Shown here: positions 27,953 to 39,476 of the stretch, in pieces | How positions within the stretch are numbered: the stretch's first letter is position 1 | Layout: each line of letters begins with the position of its first letter | IMG/VR virus record: IMGVR_UViG_3300036715_001783 | Location: 1-64,000 of that record | Strand: one strand, 5' to 3' | Length of the DNA: 64,000 bases | DNA from: a virus | The notes under the pieces: model-generated | What the model was told of the DNA's origin: nothing | The model's database searches: none | The model's input: only the letters and a program-made list of their open reading frames with translations | Program-made: the position numbers and the translations under genes

Positions 27953-28108
27953 ATGAACAACTGTCCAATCTGTGCCCGTCCTCTGGATGGTAATTCAAAC
28001 ATTCAATTTCATCATCTCATTCCCAAGGCCTTTAAAGGCAAAGATGATATAAATATTCATGCTGTGTGTCATAATAAAATACACAGTGTGTATAAATACG
28101 TATATTAG
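27953..28108 (+). pseudogene. Stranded N-terminal half of the HNH protein at 29015
   Basis: MNNCPICARPL...HHLIPKAF...IHAVCHNKIHSV, broken at TATAAATA. Confidence 0.8.
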
Positions 28109-28124
28109 TTAAAAGGGCACAAAA

Positions 28125-29039
28125 ATGGGAACAAAATTATCGTTAGAAACTTTTGTTAATAAGTCCACAAAAGTTCATGGTGACACGTATGATTATTCTT
28201 TGTTTGATTATAAAAATTGGGACACTAAATCTATAATAATATGTAAGATTCATGGAAATTTTTTACAACAACCAAGACTACACATTGAAAGAAAAAGTGG
28301 TTGTCCCATATGTGGTAAACGCAAGCAAGGGATAACCAAGGCAATTAAAGAATCTGAGTTTATAGTTAAAGCAACCCAACTTCACGGTGATAAATATGAT
28401 TATTCTCAACTGGGCTATGTTAATATATCATCTCCTGTTAATATTATATGTCCCATTCATGGGATATTTCGGATTGAGTATGCATATGCTCATACCACAA
28501 ATAAAACCGGCTGTGCTAAATGTGCACAGGATAGTGGTAGAAATACTACAGAAGACTTTATAACTAAATCAAAATCGTTATATGGAGATGCATTTTCATA
28601 TGAGTTATCCCAATATGTTACTGTTCATACTCAGTTAACTATAAAGTGTGCTCAACATGGATATCAAGTAATAACGCCAGCAGACCATTATAGAATTGGG
28701 TGCTGGATATGTAAACGAAATAGATTACAAGATATTTGGTTAGATAGCTTAAATCTACCAAATACAAGAAATCACCGACAAGTTAGATTAAAAATCAACA
28801 ATAGACTACATATCGTAGATGGTTTCGACTCTACAACTAATACAGTTTATTTGTTTCACGGAGATTATTGGCACGGAAATCCAATATTATATAAACCAAC
28901 TGACGTCAACAAACGAATAGAAAAATCATTTGGAGAATTATATGTTCAAACGTTAGAATATGAAGATAGAATAAGGCACGCAGGATATAAACTTTTAGTT
29001 ATGTGGGAATATGAATGGCTACAACAGAACATTGTGTAA
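28125..29039 (+). CDS. Homing endonuclease (HG..YDYS repeats plus Vsr-like domain)
   Basis: HGDTYDYS, HGDKYDYS, VDGFD, FHGDYWHG. Confidence 0.8.
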   Translation: MGTKLSLETFVNKSTKVHGDTYDYSLFDYKNWDTKSIIICKIHGNFLQQPRLHIERKSGCPICGKRKQGITKAIKESEFIVKATQLHGDKYDYSQLGYVNISSPVNIICPIHGIFRIEYAYAHTTNKTGCAKCAQDSGRNTTEDFITKSKSLYGDAFSYELSQYVTVHTQLTIKCAQHGYQVITPADHYRIGCWICKRNRLQDIWLDSLNLPNTRNHRQVRLKINNRLHIVDGFDSTTNTVYLFHGDYWHGNPILYKPTDVNKRIEKSFGELYVQTLEYEDRIRHAGYKLLVMWEYEWLQQNIV

Positions 29040-29320
29040 TATGTGGAAGATTATTGGGAACTATAAATATCAGCAAACATCATTTAATTCCTAAAACATT
29101 TGATAAGAGTTCTCCAACTATAGTAATCCATAATATATGCCATTCCAAAATTCATGCATCTATGAGTGAACGAGAGCTTCAACATTATTATCATACTGTG
29201 GATAGGTTATTAGAGCACGCTGATATGATGAAGTTTGTGGAATGGGTGAAGAACAAGCCAACATCTTATTATGACACAAATAACGAAACAAAATCCAGAT
29301 ATAGAAAGCGGAGAAAGTAA
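29015..29320 (+). CDS. Small HNH protein (YisB-like)
   Basis: C.ICGR, HHLIPK, CH.KIH, F..WV. Confidence 0.8.
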   Translation: MATTEHCVICGRLLGTINISKHHLIPKTFDKSSPTIVIHNICHSKIHASMSERELQHYYHTVDRLLEHADMMKFVEWVKNKPTSYYDTNNETKSRYRKRRK

Positions 29321-29845
29321 TGAGTGCAGAACAAGATAAAATTATCAAGAAATTATCGAAAGATGTTCAGGATTTAAAAGTGATGGTATTAAGACAAAAT
29401 CGTTGTATAACAAACATGGATAAAGAAATCAGAAGGTTAAAACATCAATCAGTTGGTACAAAAAATGATATTGCAGCTATGAGGCGTACTTGATAGTTGG
29501 GACAATATATGTAATACTATAAATACCTCTATTGATATGGAGATGGTTATATGTTACTAATTGAATTGTTTGAAGAGGATAGGAGTTTGATGGGGACACC
29601 AGCAAAACCACTTACTCCCGAAAAAACCAAAATGTGTTTTCCTAAAAAAGAGGTATGGAGACATGTGTCCGCACCTGGTAAAAAATCTGGTTGGAAAGAA
29701 GTTCATATAAAAACGGGCAAAACAAATAATACAGAAAGTGCTAAAGAAAATCACTCTGTCAAAAAATTAAACCCAAATATACTAGAGACACCACTCCAAA
29801 AGGAAAAAGTCAACAGTATCGAAAGTATACAAGAGGAACAAACTA

Positions 29846-30601
29846 ATGAGCGGACCAGCTAAAGAAACAACTACAACAACACACAGCAAGGAAATGAATA
29901 ACGGTTCTATTCCTAAACAAATGGATAATAAGAATTTTGGAAAGAAACGTCAAGCTACATCACATAAATTTAGCGTGAAAAGCACGAAAGACGGAAAGAC
30001 TTATTGGATTCCAAGCATTAAGGAAGATAATACGTTTGTTGATTTTTTATTAAAAGAAGACCAAGATTCTAAGGCCCTTGAAAAACTCACAGTATTACCA
30101 CAAGCTGTCATAGGTGAGTTAAAGAAATTAATCAACAAAGGTGCAAAAGATTTGGAGCAGAATTGGTCTGATGCTGCAGAATTGGTAAATGTTGCATACC
30201 ACGTTGCTCAAATCCGTAGGCCCATACCTTCACAAAAAGGAGCATGGGCTCAATATACAGATTTGTTGAGACATGGAGTTCACCAATTGTGGAAAGAAAG
30301 AGGTAACTCAGGAGGGTGGAGAGTGGGAGCATCAAAGATGGATGAAGGGTATGTCCCCACTATTTCCCCATTGTATGAAGATATTACATCAGGGTCACGC
30401 TTTTTTGTAAAAATTCCTGGCGCAATCGATGTTGAAATTGATGGAAAGGATTTGTCTGGTGTGATTAAAGAGTTGTCAAATAAAATTCGAAGACAGGGAG
30501 GGAGTGTAGAAGTTAGGTACCGTACTCAAGAAGGGGCCGTATTAGTGGTTCACCGAAATGGTGAAGAAGTTGAAGAAATTATAATCCAAGCAGTATCTTA
30601 A
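29846..30601 (+). CDS. Late hypothetical protein
   Basis: Follows late-promoter ORF 29551..29862. Confidence 0.55.
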   Translation: MSGPAKETTTTTHSKEMNNGSIPKQMDNKNFGKKRQATSHKFSVKSTKDGKTYWIPSIKEDNTFVDFLLKEDQDSKALEKLTVLPQAVIGELKKLINKGAKDLEQNWSDAAELVNVAYHVAQIRRPIPSQKGAWAQYTDLLRHGVHQLWKERGNSGGWRVGASKMDEGYVPTISPLYEDITSGSRFFVKIPGAIDVEIDGKDLSGVIKELSNKIRRQGGSVEVRYRTQEGAVLVVHRNGEEVEEIIIQAVS

Positions 30602-30702
30602 TTGATTAATTGATTAATTGTGCAGTTGTCAATGGGTTCCCACACATAGTTGATTTTTGTGGTGCTATCTGATATACTATTACAACAATAATAGGATGTT
30701 AT

Positions 30703-31851
30703 ATGATTGATAAACAAGCTAATTGGTTAGCAAAGGCTAAAAAAATCCACGGAGACCTATATGACTATTCTCTTGTTGTATATGTGTCTCCAGATGTTCC
30801 AGTAATTATAAACTGCCCAATTCATGGACAGTTTCACAAAAGTCCAAATGGACATACCAACAAAAAGGCTGGGTGTCCTAAATGTGGATATCTAATTAGA
30901 GCAGTCAACAATCGGGAAAAATATGGGGTAGATAATCCAGCACAGTTGGCTATTATACAACAAAAGAAAAAACAAACTGTGTTAGCTCGGTATGGTGTGG
31001 AATATGCATCACAAAATGAAAATATACAAAACAAAACAAAACAAACTAATTTGGCAAAATATGGACACCAGAATATTGCCCACGGTACAAAGAAAGAGAA
31101 GGTGACACATACCAATTTAGAAAAATATGGCGGGCACCCAAGAAAAAATAAAGATGTACAAGAAAAACAAAAAAGAACAAATCTGGAACGGTATGGGTAC
31201 GAAAATGCTGCCCAATCAAATATTATCCAAAATAAAATAAAACAAACTAATTTAGAGCGATACGGAGTAGAGTATGCTTCGCAGAACAACATTATCAAAG
31301 AAAAAATAAAACAAACTAATTTAGAGCGATATGGAACACAATCTTACAGCCAACAACACTTGGTGGATATTCTCCCATTGCTTGAAGATTATGGTTGGTT
31401 ATTTGAACAATATATTACCCAAAATAAGACAGCTACCCAAATAGCAAACGAATTAGGGAATGTTTATTATGGAACTATAATTTCGTACTTAATGTACTAT
31501 GAAATAGAAATCCAACAATATTATTGGAGTTCATACAAATGTCGACTGTGGATTGCACAACAAGACGGTGCAATAATTGAAGAGTGGAAAATACCAAATA
31601 CAAGATTCAGAGCGGATGGATATTGTGAGGCAACAAATACCATTTATGAATTTCATGGGGACTATTGGCACGGAAATCCATCAATTTACCAACCAGACGA
31701 AATAAATGAAGTAGTTGGAAAATCCATGGGTGAGCTGTATCTGAAAACATTGGACCGAGAAAGCCTAATAAAATCATTAGGTTACAATCTAGTGGTTGTG
31801 TGGGAACATGATTTTGATACGTCCATAGAATTTATGGTGCAACAACAATAA
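30703..31851 (+). CDS. Putative homing endonuclease, paralogue of 1015..2274
   Basis: NLERYG repeats; near-identical C-terminal domain. Confidence 0.75.
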   Translation: MIDKQANWLAKAKKIHGDLYDYSLVVYVSPDVPVIINCPIHGQFHKSPNGHTNKKAGCPKCGYLIRAVNNREKYGVDNPAQLAIIQQKKKQTVLARYGVEYASQNENIQNKTKQTNLAKYGHQNIAHGTKKEKVTHTNLEKYGGHPRKNKDVQEKQKRTNLERYGYENAAQSNIIQNKIKQTNLERYGVEYASQNNIIKEKIKQTNLERYGTQSYSQQHLVDILPLLEDYGWLFEQYITQNKTATQIANELGNVYYGTIISYLMYYEIEIQQYYWSSYKCRLWIAQQDGAIIEEWKIPNTRFRADGYCEATNTIYEFHGDYWHGNPSIYQPDEINEVVGKSMGELYLKTLDRESLIKSLGYNLVVVWEHDFDTSIEFMVQQQ

Positions 31852-32245
31852 GTAATGTAAAGTTGACTATTCGACTCAATTATGATATAATTTCTCTTCA
31901 TTTGAGGAGAAATTATATTGACTACCCACCCAATCCCCCCATCACTATATTGGGAAATTCTTAAATGGTGTTCCTCATTATGTTATATAATTGGTACAAT
32001 ATTATTATTGTCTCCGGTTATAGCATCTACAGCAGTAACACCATGGATAGTTTTCATACTTGGAAACACTATCCAATTTGCTAATTTTGTACATCAACGG
32101 AACGTTCCATTCATATGTTTAAGTGTGTTTTTCTTTATTTGGGATTCTCTTATAATCACACAGCGCTTGACATCCATAGAAACATTGGGTATAATTAGCG
32201 AATTAATCAAACATTTAGACAATTTTATCATATAAAGGAGAACAT

Positions 32246-33079
32246 ATGAAAAACCTACCCACCACCCCTCAATTTTGTGTAATTGCTCCGACTAACTATT
32301 TACAATACGCCACGGGATCAGATACACATTTGGTATTAGCACATCTGGTTGCAACAGATATTACATATAGAGATTTTTATAAAAATCTCAGTGTTGCTGG
32401 AGACTTCATTATTATGGACAATGGAGCATTTGAGCTTGGACAGAGTTATGCTCCTGATAAATTAATTAAGTTGGCCCACTTATGTGGTGCTGATGCAATT
32501 GTGCTTCCTGACTATCCAGGAAAGCCTATTGACCAAACAATTGAAGCAGCAAAACAACTGATTCCCCTAGTCCAAGAATCTGGATTTAAAACATTCTTTT
32601 GCCCACAAGCAGAAGTGGGAGATACAGAAGGTTGGATTTCCTCTTATGTGTGGGCTGCAAATAATCCTGATATAGATATGATTGGTATGTCTATTCTTGC
32701 TATACCAAATGCATTACCTCACATTCCCAAGTCATATGCAAGGGTTGTTATGACTCAAATGTTGATGGACAGAGGTATTTTTGCTCACAATAAGTATCAC
32801 CACTATTTGGGCCTCAACTCAGCTCCTAATATTGAGCTTCCATCATTGCTGACAATGAACGCGTTAAATAGTTGTGATAGTTCAGGTCCAGTTTGGTCTG
32901 CTATATGTGGACATAGATATAACATCACTGGTGATAGTTTTATGCCTGTGCATAAGAAGTTCTTAAGAGAAGTTGATTTTGACTATCCTTGGACAATAAA
33001 AGATCACATTCATGAAGCGATTGATTTTAATTTACAAATTACATTTGACATTATGTGTGACCCAGAATCGTACTTATAA
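32246..33079 (+). CDS. TGT/DpdA-like TIM-barrel protein
   Basis: MDNGAFE, VLPD.P, H.LG, S.DSS; near queE/queD. Confidence 0.6.
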   Translation: MKNLPTTPQFCVIAPTNYLQYATGSDTHLVLAHLVATDITYRDFYKNLSVAGDFIIMDNGAFELGQSYAPDKLIKLAHLCGADAIVLPDYPGKPIDQTIEAAKQLIPLVQESGFKTFFCPQAEVGDTEGWISSYVWAANNPDIDMIGMSILAIPNALPHIPKSYARVVMTQMLMDRGIFAHNKYHHYLGLNSAPNIELPSLLTMNALNSCDSSGPVWSAICGHRYNITGDSFMPVHKKFLREVDFDYPWTIKDHIHEAIDFNLQITFDIMCDPESYL

Positions 33080-33115
33080 ATAGTTGACTAAAACACGAAC
33101 ACACTATATTATACA

Positions 33116-33838
33116 GTGTGTTCGTGTGGAAAATACGAATACCACGGAAGAAATAATATAACAAAGGAGAAAGTTATTATGTTTACAAACCCAAAAGATG
33201 TTATCAACAATAAATGGATTACACACCCAGATTGTACCACCCCACAACATTGGCTTGACAATAAATTTGTAAGTCCAAATGCCATCGATTTTTCCTTAGA
33301 TGAACTTCTATTGGTCAAAGATACGGACACTGCCTATATTTCAAACAACAAAAAACTTGTTAAGATGAAACAATTGGTATCTGTGCACAAAATTACAGAA
33401 GATACTGAAACTCCTTTTTGGGAATTAGAAGGTGGAAAGGTATATGATGGAACATCAAGTATGTATGTTGAAGTACCTGAAGGATATGTTTGTCTACCAA
33501 TGTTCACTCGCTCTACATTTGCTCGCAATGGAACGTTCATTATGAGTGGGATTTTTGATTCTGGATACAAAGGTCATATCGGTTTTACGATTTACACCAA
33601 TGGTGGACCAATTGATATTGAAGTTGGTACTCGTATTGGGCAAATTGGTTTTGTAAAAACTGAGTATGCTCACTTGTATGATGGTGGGTATAGCCACGAG
33701 CAAGGTACACACTATGCTGACCCTATTATTATACAACCAGCACATGTTGCAATAGGCGAGCGTCAAATTCAACACAACCCAGCTAGAACTGAACAAGGTA
33801 TGGGTCCAATTCTTAACACAAACAGTGAGTTCTTATAA
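33116..33838 (+). CDS. dCTP deaminase/dUTPase family (start probably 33179)
   Basis: PNAID, TRST..RNG, G.FDSGY.G, GTRIGQ. Confidence 0.85.
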   Translation: MCSCGKYEYHGRNNITKEKVIMFTNPKDVINNKWITHPDCTTPQHWLDNKFVSPNAIDFSLDELLLVKDTDTAYISNNKKLVKMKQLVSVHKITEDTETPFWELEGGKVYDGTSSMYVEVPEGYVCLPMFTRSTFARNGTFIMSGIFDSGYKGHIGFTIYTNGGPIDIEVGTRIGQIGFVKTEYAHLYDGGYSHEQGTHYADPIIIQPAHVAIGERQIQHNPARTEQGMGPILNTNSEFL

Positions 33839-33840
33839 TT

Positions 33841-34938
33841 ATGAGAAAAAGATGGTCTAATTTATTGGTTGATGAGTGGTTAATATCCCACAAGTTACCT
33901 ATAACTAGATTATCATTATTTGAAAATGTCAGTACTCCATTACAATATAAATGTGAAGTTTGTGATAATATATGGAGTACTGCTTGGGTTAATATATATT
34001 CCAGGGGCACTAGATGTCCCAAGTGTGCAATTGTACGAGTGGCACACTTACACACCAATTCGTTAGATTGGTGGAATGCTAAATTGGCATTGGTACATAT
34101 ACTAAATATGGAGCCTATTATACCTGGAGATAATTCAGCTATAACATGGAAATGTGAAAATTGTGAATATACTTGGATAGCAACCAAAAGCTCCATAATA
34201 TCTCCAAATTTTGGAGGATGTAAGTGTTGTACTGGAAAATTGGTTAATAACCAAATTATAGATACCAAATTATCTGATAGAAATATTACTAGGTTGGATG
34301 ATTTTATAGCAACAAATACTCCAATTAGTTGGAGTTGTAATGTGTGTGACCACAAGTGGAAGACATCTCCAACCAAAATTTTAAACGAAGGTACAGGTTG
34401 CCCAAAATGTTCTAATAGGGTTAGGCATACAAATGAAGACATTGACCACAGGTGTGGGGCTATTGGAATACGACGAGTGGGAAATTATGTTAATACCCAT
34501 ACTAAAATAGAGTGGTGTTGCAAAAAGTGTAACAATACATGGCATGCAAAACCATCTAATATATTAAACCAACATACTGGATGTCCCCATTGTCGAACTC
34601 CATCATATTCAAAGAAAGCTATCCGGTGGTTAAATCAAACGATGCAGACTGATTGTTGTTTTATTCAACATGCTGAGAATATTGGGGAATACTTAGTACC
34701 AGATATTTTAGTAAAAGTAGATGGATACTGCAAAGAAACGAACACTATATACGAATTTCATGGGGATATATTTCATGGAAATCCAAATAAATTTACAGCA
34801 GATGAAATGTGTAGTCCATTTCATAAATTAACAGCTGGTGAACTGTACAATAAAACTAAACACAAGGAGAGTAAAATAATGAAAGCGGGATATAAATTAG
34901 TAGTTATGTGGGAGAGTGAATATGACTCAAAAAAATAA
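33841..34938 (+). CDS. Zinc-ribbon-repeat homing endonuclease
   Basis: Repeated W.C..C...W....GCP.C; VDGYC..YEFHGD. Confidence 0.8.
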   Translation: MRKRWSNLLVDEWLISHKLPITRLSLFENVSTPLQYKCEVCDNIWSTAWVNIYSRGTRCPKCAIVRVAHLHTNSLDWWNAKLALVHILNMEPIIPGDNSAITWKCENCEYTWIATKSSIISPNFGGCKCCTGKLVNNQIIDTKLSDRNITRLDDFIATNTPISWSCNVCDHKWKTSPTKILNEGTGCPKCSNRVRHTNEDIDHRCGAIGIRRVGNYVNTHTKIEWCCKKCNNTWHAKPSNILNQHTGCPHCRTPSYSKKAIRWLNQTMQTDCCFIQHAENIGEYLVPDILVKVDGYCKETNTIYEFHGDIFHGNPNKFTADEMCSPFHKLTAGELYNKTKHKESKIMKAGYKLVVMWESEYDSKK

Positions 34939-35542
34939 CACAACAGGTTACATAACAAGGTTATTAGCGGTTGACACCGAAACTAGCGGGTTATTCTTTA
35001 ATGTAGACGATCCATCGTACAACCCAAAAACTAAACAGACTCACCAATTGTTGTCTATTGGGTTAATAGTCGTTGATGCAATTACTCTTGCACCCATTGA
35101 AGAGTTATATGTGGAAGTTAAATGGGATCCTTCTAACCAGTGGGATACCGGAGCTGAGAAGGTACATGGGTTGTCCCGTCAATACCTTGAGGAGAATGGA
35201 GTTTCAACATCTAAAGCGGTTGAGCTGATTGCTAATTTACTAATCAGTCACTGGGGTCCTTCTGCAGCTATTCATATTTTAGGACACAATCCACAATTTG
35301 ATTTAGCTTTCTTACGAAGATTATTGAGAACCGAAGAATTAGAATTTCGTTGGGGAAACAAAATGGTTGATACTAATAGTATCGGATTTGTTGTGTTTAA
35401 TACTCACAATTCAGATGATTTATTTGATATGATTGGTGCAAAACATAGAGGAGAGCATAATGCTCTTGAAGATATTAGAAACACATTAAAAGTGGTTCAA
35501 GTAACTAGACAACTTGCTGATGTTATGTTAGGAGCTGAATAA
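34916..35542 (+). CDS. DEDDh 3'-5' exonuclease
   Basis: DTETSGL, GHN.QFD, HNALED. Confidence 0.9.
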   Translation: MNMTQKNNTTGYITRLLAVDTETSGLFFNVDDPSYNPKTKQTHQLLSIGLIVVDAITLAPIEELYVEVKWDPSNQWDTGAEKVHGLSRQYLEENGVSTSKAVELIANLLISHWGPSAAIHILGHNPQFDLAFLRRLLRTEELEFRWGNKMVDTNSIGFVVFNTHNSDDLFDMIGAKHRGEHNALEDIRNTLKVVQVTRQLADVMLGAE

Positions 35543-36036
35543 TGTACCTCCCCAAATCCAGAAAGTATAATCCGTCATATGAAGATATTCACACAGCTTG
35601 TTGGAGTATTGCATATCAATGTAAAATGATGGGGTTAGATTTACAAGGGATAGTTGGGGTAGCAAGAGGGGGGTTAGTGCCAGGAGTACTAATCTCTCAC
35701 ATGTTACAATTACCCTTTTTCCCCATATCATATTCATCAAAAAAGGGGGTAGGAGATGATAGAAATCATGCAAATGATTTACCTGTAGTCCCATTTAGCA
35801 ATTTTTTGATTGTAGAAGACATTATTGATAGTGGACATACTATGGCAGAAATTGCTATACATTATACCAACACCCAATGTCAGCATGGTGAGAAGATTTA
35901 TACAGCTTGTTTATATTACAAGGACAATCCTCACATCTATCCTGATTTAAATTGGTTAACAATTGATGTGGACTCACCATTTGTCAACTTTCCCTGGGAA
36001 AATGCACAATTGGGTAATATACCATGTATAACATAG
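35542..36036 (+). CDS. Type I purine phosphoribosyltransferase
   Basis: GVARGGL.PG, LIVEDIIDSGHT, FPWE. Confidence 0.9.
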   Translation: MYLPKSRKYNPSYEDIHTACWSIAYQCKMMGLDLQGIVGVARGGLVPGVLISHMLQLPFFPISYSSKKGVGDDRNHANDLPVVPFSNFLIVEDIIDSGHTMAEIAIHYTNTQCQHGEKIYTACLYYKDNPHIYPDLNWLTIDVDSPFVNFPWENAQLGNIPCIT

Positions 36037-37213
36037 TTAATGTAATATGGGATTTGGTCCGTGGCAAAATTGAATTTGTAAGTTCAGTTGAAGCCACAGA
36101 CCGAATGGATATATGCAAAGGGTGTGAAGTTCGAAATAAAAGGCTTAATATTTGCACAGCGTGTGGGTGTTATCTCCCGTTCAAAACTAAACTCACGAAA
36201 GCTGAATGTCCAATGCAACTATGGTAATTGTTGATTAAAATACACATTTAACGTAAAATATCATTTTATATTAAGGAGAATAATAATATGATAGAATTTC
36301 CATTTATGTCATGGAATGATATGTTTGCGTTAATGGATCATCACCGGTTAACTGATGAACAATCTTGTTTAGTGTTTAATGTAACACTATCTAAGTTGAA
36401 TATGGCGAAGCAATTGAGATCAGTGGGAACATTTGCTCCCACTTATCCATTTGATTATACTGTATATCAAGAGTTAATGGTAGAGGCTATTGCATATGCT
36501 GATAAACAACTAACTACACAACAAACTGTCGTCCAACTACCAAGTACAACAAAAGAATTACCATTAACTGCAACACGAAAGGTTAAGGTAAAAGTTCCAA
36601 AGAAACGAGGAAGACAGAGTAATAGAATTGTAACTGCATTATTTGCTGTACCAAATGAACCTACTCCTATTGAACAATTTGCGATACAGCAAGAAGTATC
36701 TATTGCAGTCCTTCGCCAGTCTACCCGTTTTATGGAACATTTGTCACCAGAAGATGTCCAGAAAATTGGAAAAATACAAATCAAAAAAGTAAAACCACAT
36801 AACCAATTAATGATATGGAGAGAAGACCTACCGTGAAAACTAATTTAAACTTCAAAATTGGCGTATTCCGAGTGGAAATCTTACCAAAATTTAAAATAGT
36901 TTTTCAATACAGAAAAACTCTAACAAAACGGAGACAATAAAGTGCCAAAATATAAAGATTTAGATACCACATTTGATGGCAAGTGTACTATATCCATAAT
37001 GGGTAAACCATTTACGATTAGAATATTAGGTCAAAAATTTGACATTGGCCGTAATGTTAATGGAATTGCTTGGGAAGCATTAAATGCAGACGGAAAAAAG
37101 GATAAGTCACTTCAATATATTTTGATGGAAGATTATCGAGATGAAGTCGAAGAACAACTGCAAGCACATATAGATAAGCGTGAATCTTATCTTGACTAAT
37201 TAAGGAAAAACAA

Positions 37214-38107
37214 ATGGCAAAATATTCATGGAGTGAAGTATTCACTTCAATCGAAGGAGAAGGAATCTGGTCCGGAACACCCACAGTTTATGTTAGATTT
37301 ACTGGGTGTAATTTTACTTGTAGTGGTTTTAATAACCCTGAGAATGTAGATACCACCACAATTGAAACTTTAGGGTTTGATCCAAAAGATTACACTAACA
37401 TTTATGACATCCCTGTGATATCTAAGGGTTGTGATAGCATATATAGTTGGGACAATAAGTTTAAACATATGTGGGAAACTGGTGACGAAAATCAGTTAGC
37501 TGGAGCTATAATGGCACACGTTCCACGTGGTTCATGGCAACATCCTGTAACAGGGCAGCCTGTTATATTAAGTTTGACCGGAGGGGAACCCACATTACGA
37601 GCTAAACACCTATTAACAATATTGAATCACCCCGACCTTGTTGGCTTGACAAAATTGTTAATTGAAACAAATTGTTCAGTGCCATTAACAAGAGAGTTTA
37701 TTGATGGTTTATATGCTTGGGGGCAACAACGTCCAGATAGACAAGTAATTTGGAGTAATAGTCCAAAATTATCTGTTAGTGGTGAGCCTTGGGAAAAGGC
37801 TATTAGACCAGATATTGCATTACAACAAACTACTTATATGTTTTGTAGAGATGCAAATATACAACAATATTTTAAGTTTGTTTGTGGTCCATCATCAGAA
37901 GATTTTGATGAGGTGGATAGAGCAATGGAACAATATTATGCAGGTCATGTGTGTAAGGGTGTAGGTGTGTATATCATGCCTGTAGCATGTCAACAGTTAG
38001 ATCAAACAGAAATTTCAGCACAAGTTGCTCGTATGTGTATAGAACGTGGGTATACATATTGCCATCGAGTCCATCTGGACGTGTTTGGTAACGCTGTAGG
38101 AACCTAA
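37214..38107 (+). CDS. queE: 7-carboxy-7-deazaguanine synthase (radical SAM)
   Basis: E.F.SIEGEG...G.P...VRF.GCN..C, GCDS, TGGEP, ETN, SPKL, FKFV. Confidence 0.9.
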   Translation: MAKYSWSEVFTSIEGEGIWSGTPTVYVRFTGCNFTCSGFNNPENVDTTTIETLGFDPKDYTNIYDIPVISKGCDSIYSWDNKFKHMWETGDENQLAGAIMAHVPRGSWQHPVTGQPVILSLTGGEPTLRAKHLLTILNHPDLVGLTKLLIETNCSVPLTREFIDGLYAWGQQRPDRQVIWSNSPKLSVSGEPWEKAIRPDIALQQTTYMFCRDANIQQYFKFVCGPSSEDFDEVDRAMEQYYAGHVCKGVGVYIMPVACQQLDQTEISAQVARMCIERGYTYCHRVHLDVFGNAVGT

Positions 38108-38162
38108 ACATACTTTGTATTGGTGTGCATAAATACAAGCAACAGGCATTTAACTATAAATT

Positions 38163-39005
38163 ATGAAATTTATTATATATAAACACACCAATACAATAAC
38201 AAAAAAATCATATATTGGTTATACCAGTAGTACTTTAGAAAAGCGTTTAAATAGACATTTTCAAGACGCAAAAAGAGGTTCTAATCAATATTTTCACCGT
38301 GCTATCAGAAAATATGGACAAGATTGTTGGATAAGTGAAATACTTGCTGAATGTGAAATAATTCAGCAAGCTCATAAATTAGAATGTTCGTTGATATTAG
38401 AACACAACACTTTTGGAATAAATGGATATAACATGACTATTGGTGGGGAAGGTACAACTGGTAGAATAGTATCTGAGGAAAGTAGACAAAGGTTAAGAGC
38501 CCAGCATCTTAATTTTAGACATACAACCAAAAGTAAACAAACCATGGTTGAAAAATTTACTATATTAAGAGGACGAAAAGTAAATCAATATACCAAATCT
38601 GGACAATATATTGCTACATATGATTCATGCACACAAGCAGCTCAACAAGTATTAAATAATAAAAACTTGAGTGGTAGCATACACCAATTATGTGCTGGAA
38701 CTTTTTCTAATTGGAATCAGGAATTGGTTAAGGGATTTCAGTGGAAATTTGATAACCTAGACAATCGCACAGATGTATCTCCGATTGTCGGGTTAAAGGA
38801 TACTCATATAAAAAATCTGGTCAAGCGCAATAGCCAACAGGCCAAAAAAGTACAACAATTATCAACAAACGATGAATTGATATCCAGTTATACAAGCGCA
38901 AAAGAGGCCAGCCTACTTACAGGGATATACATATCAGGCATACAACGATGTTGTATAGGAAGATTATTAACAGCTGGTGGATATAAATGGGCCTATATCA
39001 ATTAA
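38163..39005 (+). CDS. GIY-YIG homing endonuclease with NUMOD domains
   Basis: IIYKHTN....KSYIGYT, GYNMT.GG, TAGGYKW. Confidence 0.9.
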   Translation: MKFIIYKHTNTITKKSYIGYTSSTLEKRLNRHFQDAKRGSNQYFHRAIRKYGQDCWISEILAECEIIQQAHKLECSLILEHNTFGINGYNMTIGGEGTTGRIVSEESRQRLRAQHLNFRHTTKSKQTMVEKFTILRGRKVNQYTKSGQYIATYDSCTQAAQQVLNNKNLSGSIHQLCAGTFSNWNQELVKGFQWKFDNLDNRTDVSPIVGLKDTHIKNLVKRNSQQAKKVQQLSTNDELISSYTSAKEASLLTGIYISGIQRCCIGRLLTAGGYKWAYIN

Positions 39006-39026
39006 CAATTACCAAGGAGAAATAAA

Positions 39027-39476
39027 ATGATGGATTTACCACAACCACACGACCACAAAATTTTGATTTATAGAGCTGGTCTAGTTCCATATATCATTGA
39101 AAGCGGTAAGATATTAATGATGTTTATGAAACCGTCTGATCCTGCGTTTGGAGGAGATGAGTTTCAAATAGCTAAGGGTAAAGTTGAGGACGAAGATGAT
39201 AGTTTTCAAGACGCTGCGCTCAGAGAAGCTAAAGAGGAAATTGGGCTATTTGAAGGAAATGTTATCAAAACCGAAGAAGTTGGAACATTTATGGGGCGAA
39301 CTACTGTATTTGTATCAAAAGTGAAAAACAAAGATATGTTTGGGATGCCTTCATTTGAAACTGGGGATGTTAGTTGGATGACTCCAGAACAATTTCAATT
39401 GGATGGTAGAATTCTTCACCGTCCTGTGATTGCTGCTGTTGTTCGTAAAATCAAACAAATGGAAGGTATGGAGTAA
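39027..39476 (+). CDS. Nudix hydrolase
   Basis: KGKVE......AALREAKEEIGL. Confidence 0.88.
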   Translation: MMDLPQPHDHKILIYRAGLVPYIIESGKILMMFMKPSDPAFGGDEFQIAKGKVEDEDDSFQDAALREAKEEIGLFEGNVIKTEEVGTFMGRTTVFVSKVKNKDMFGMPSFETGDVSWMTPEQFQLDGRILHRPVIAAVVRKIKQMEGME

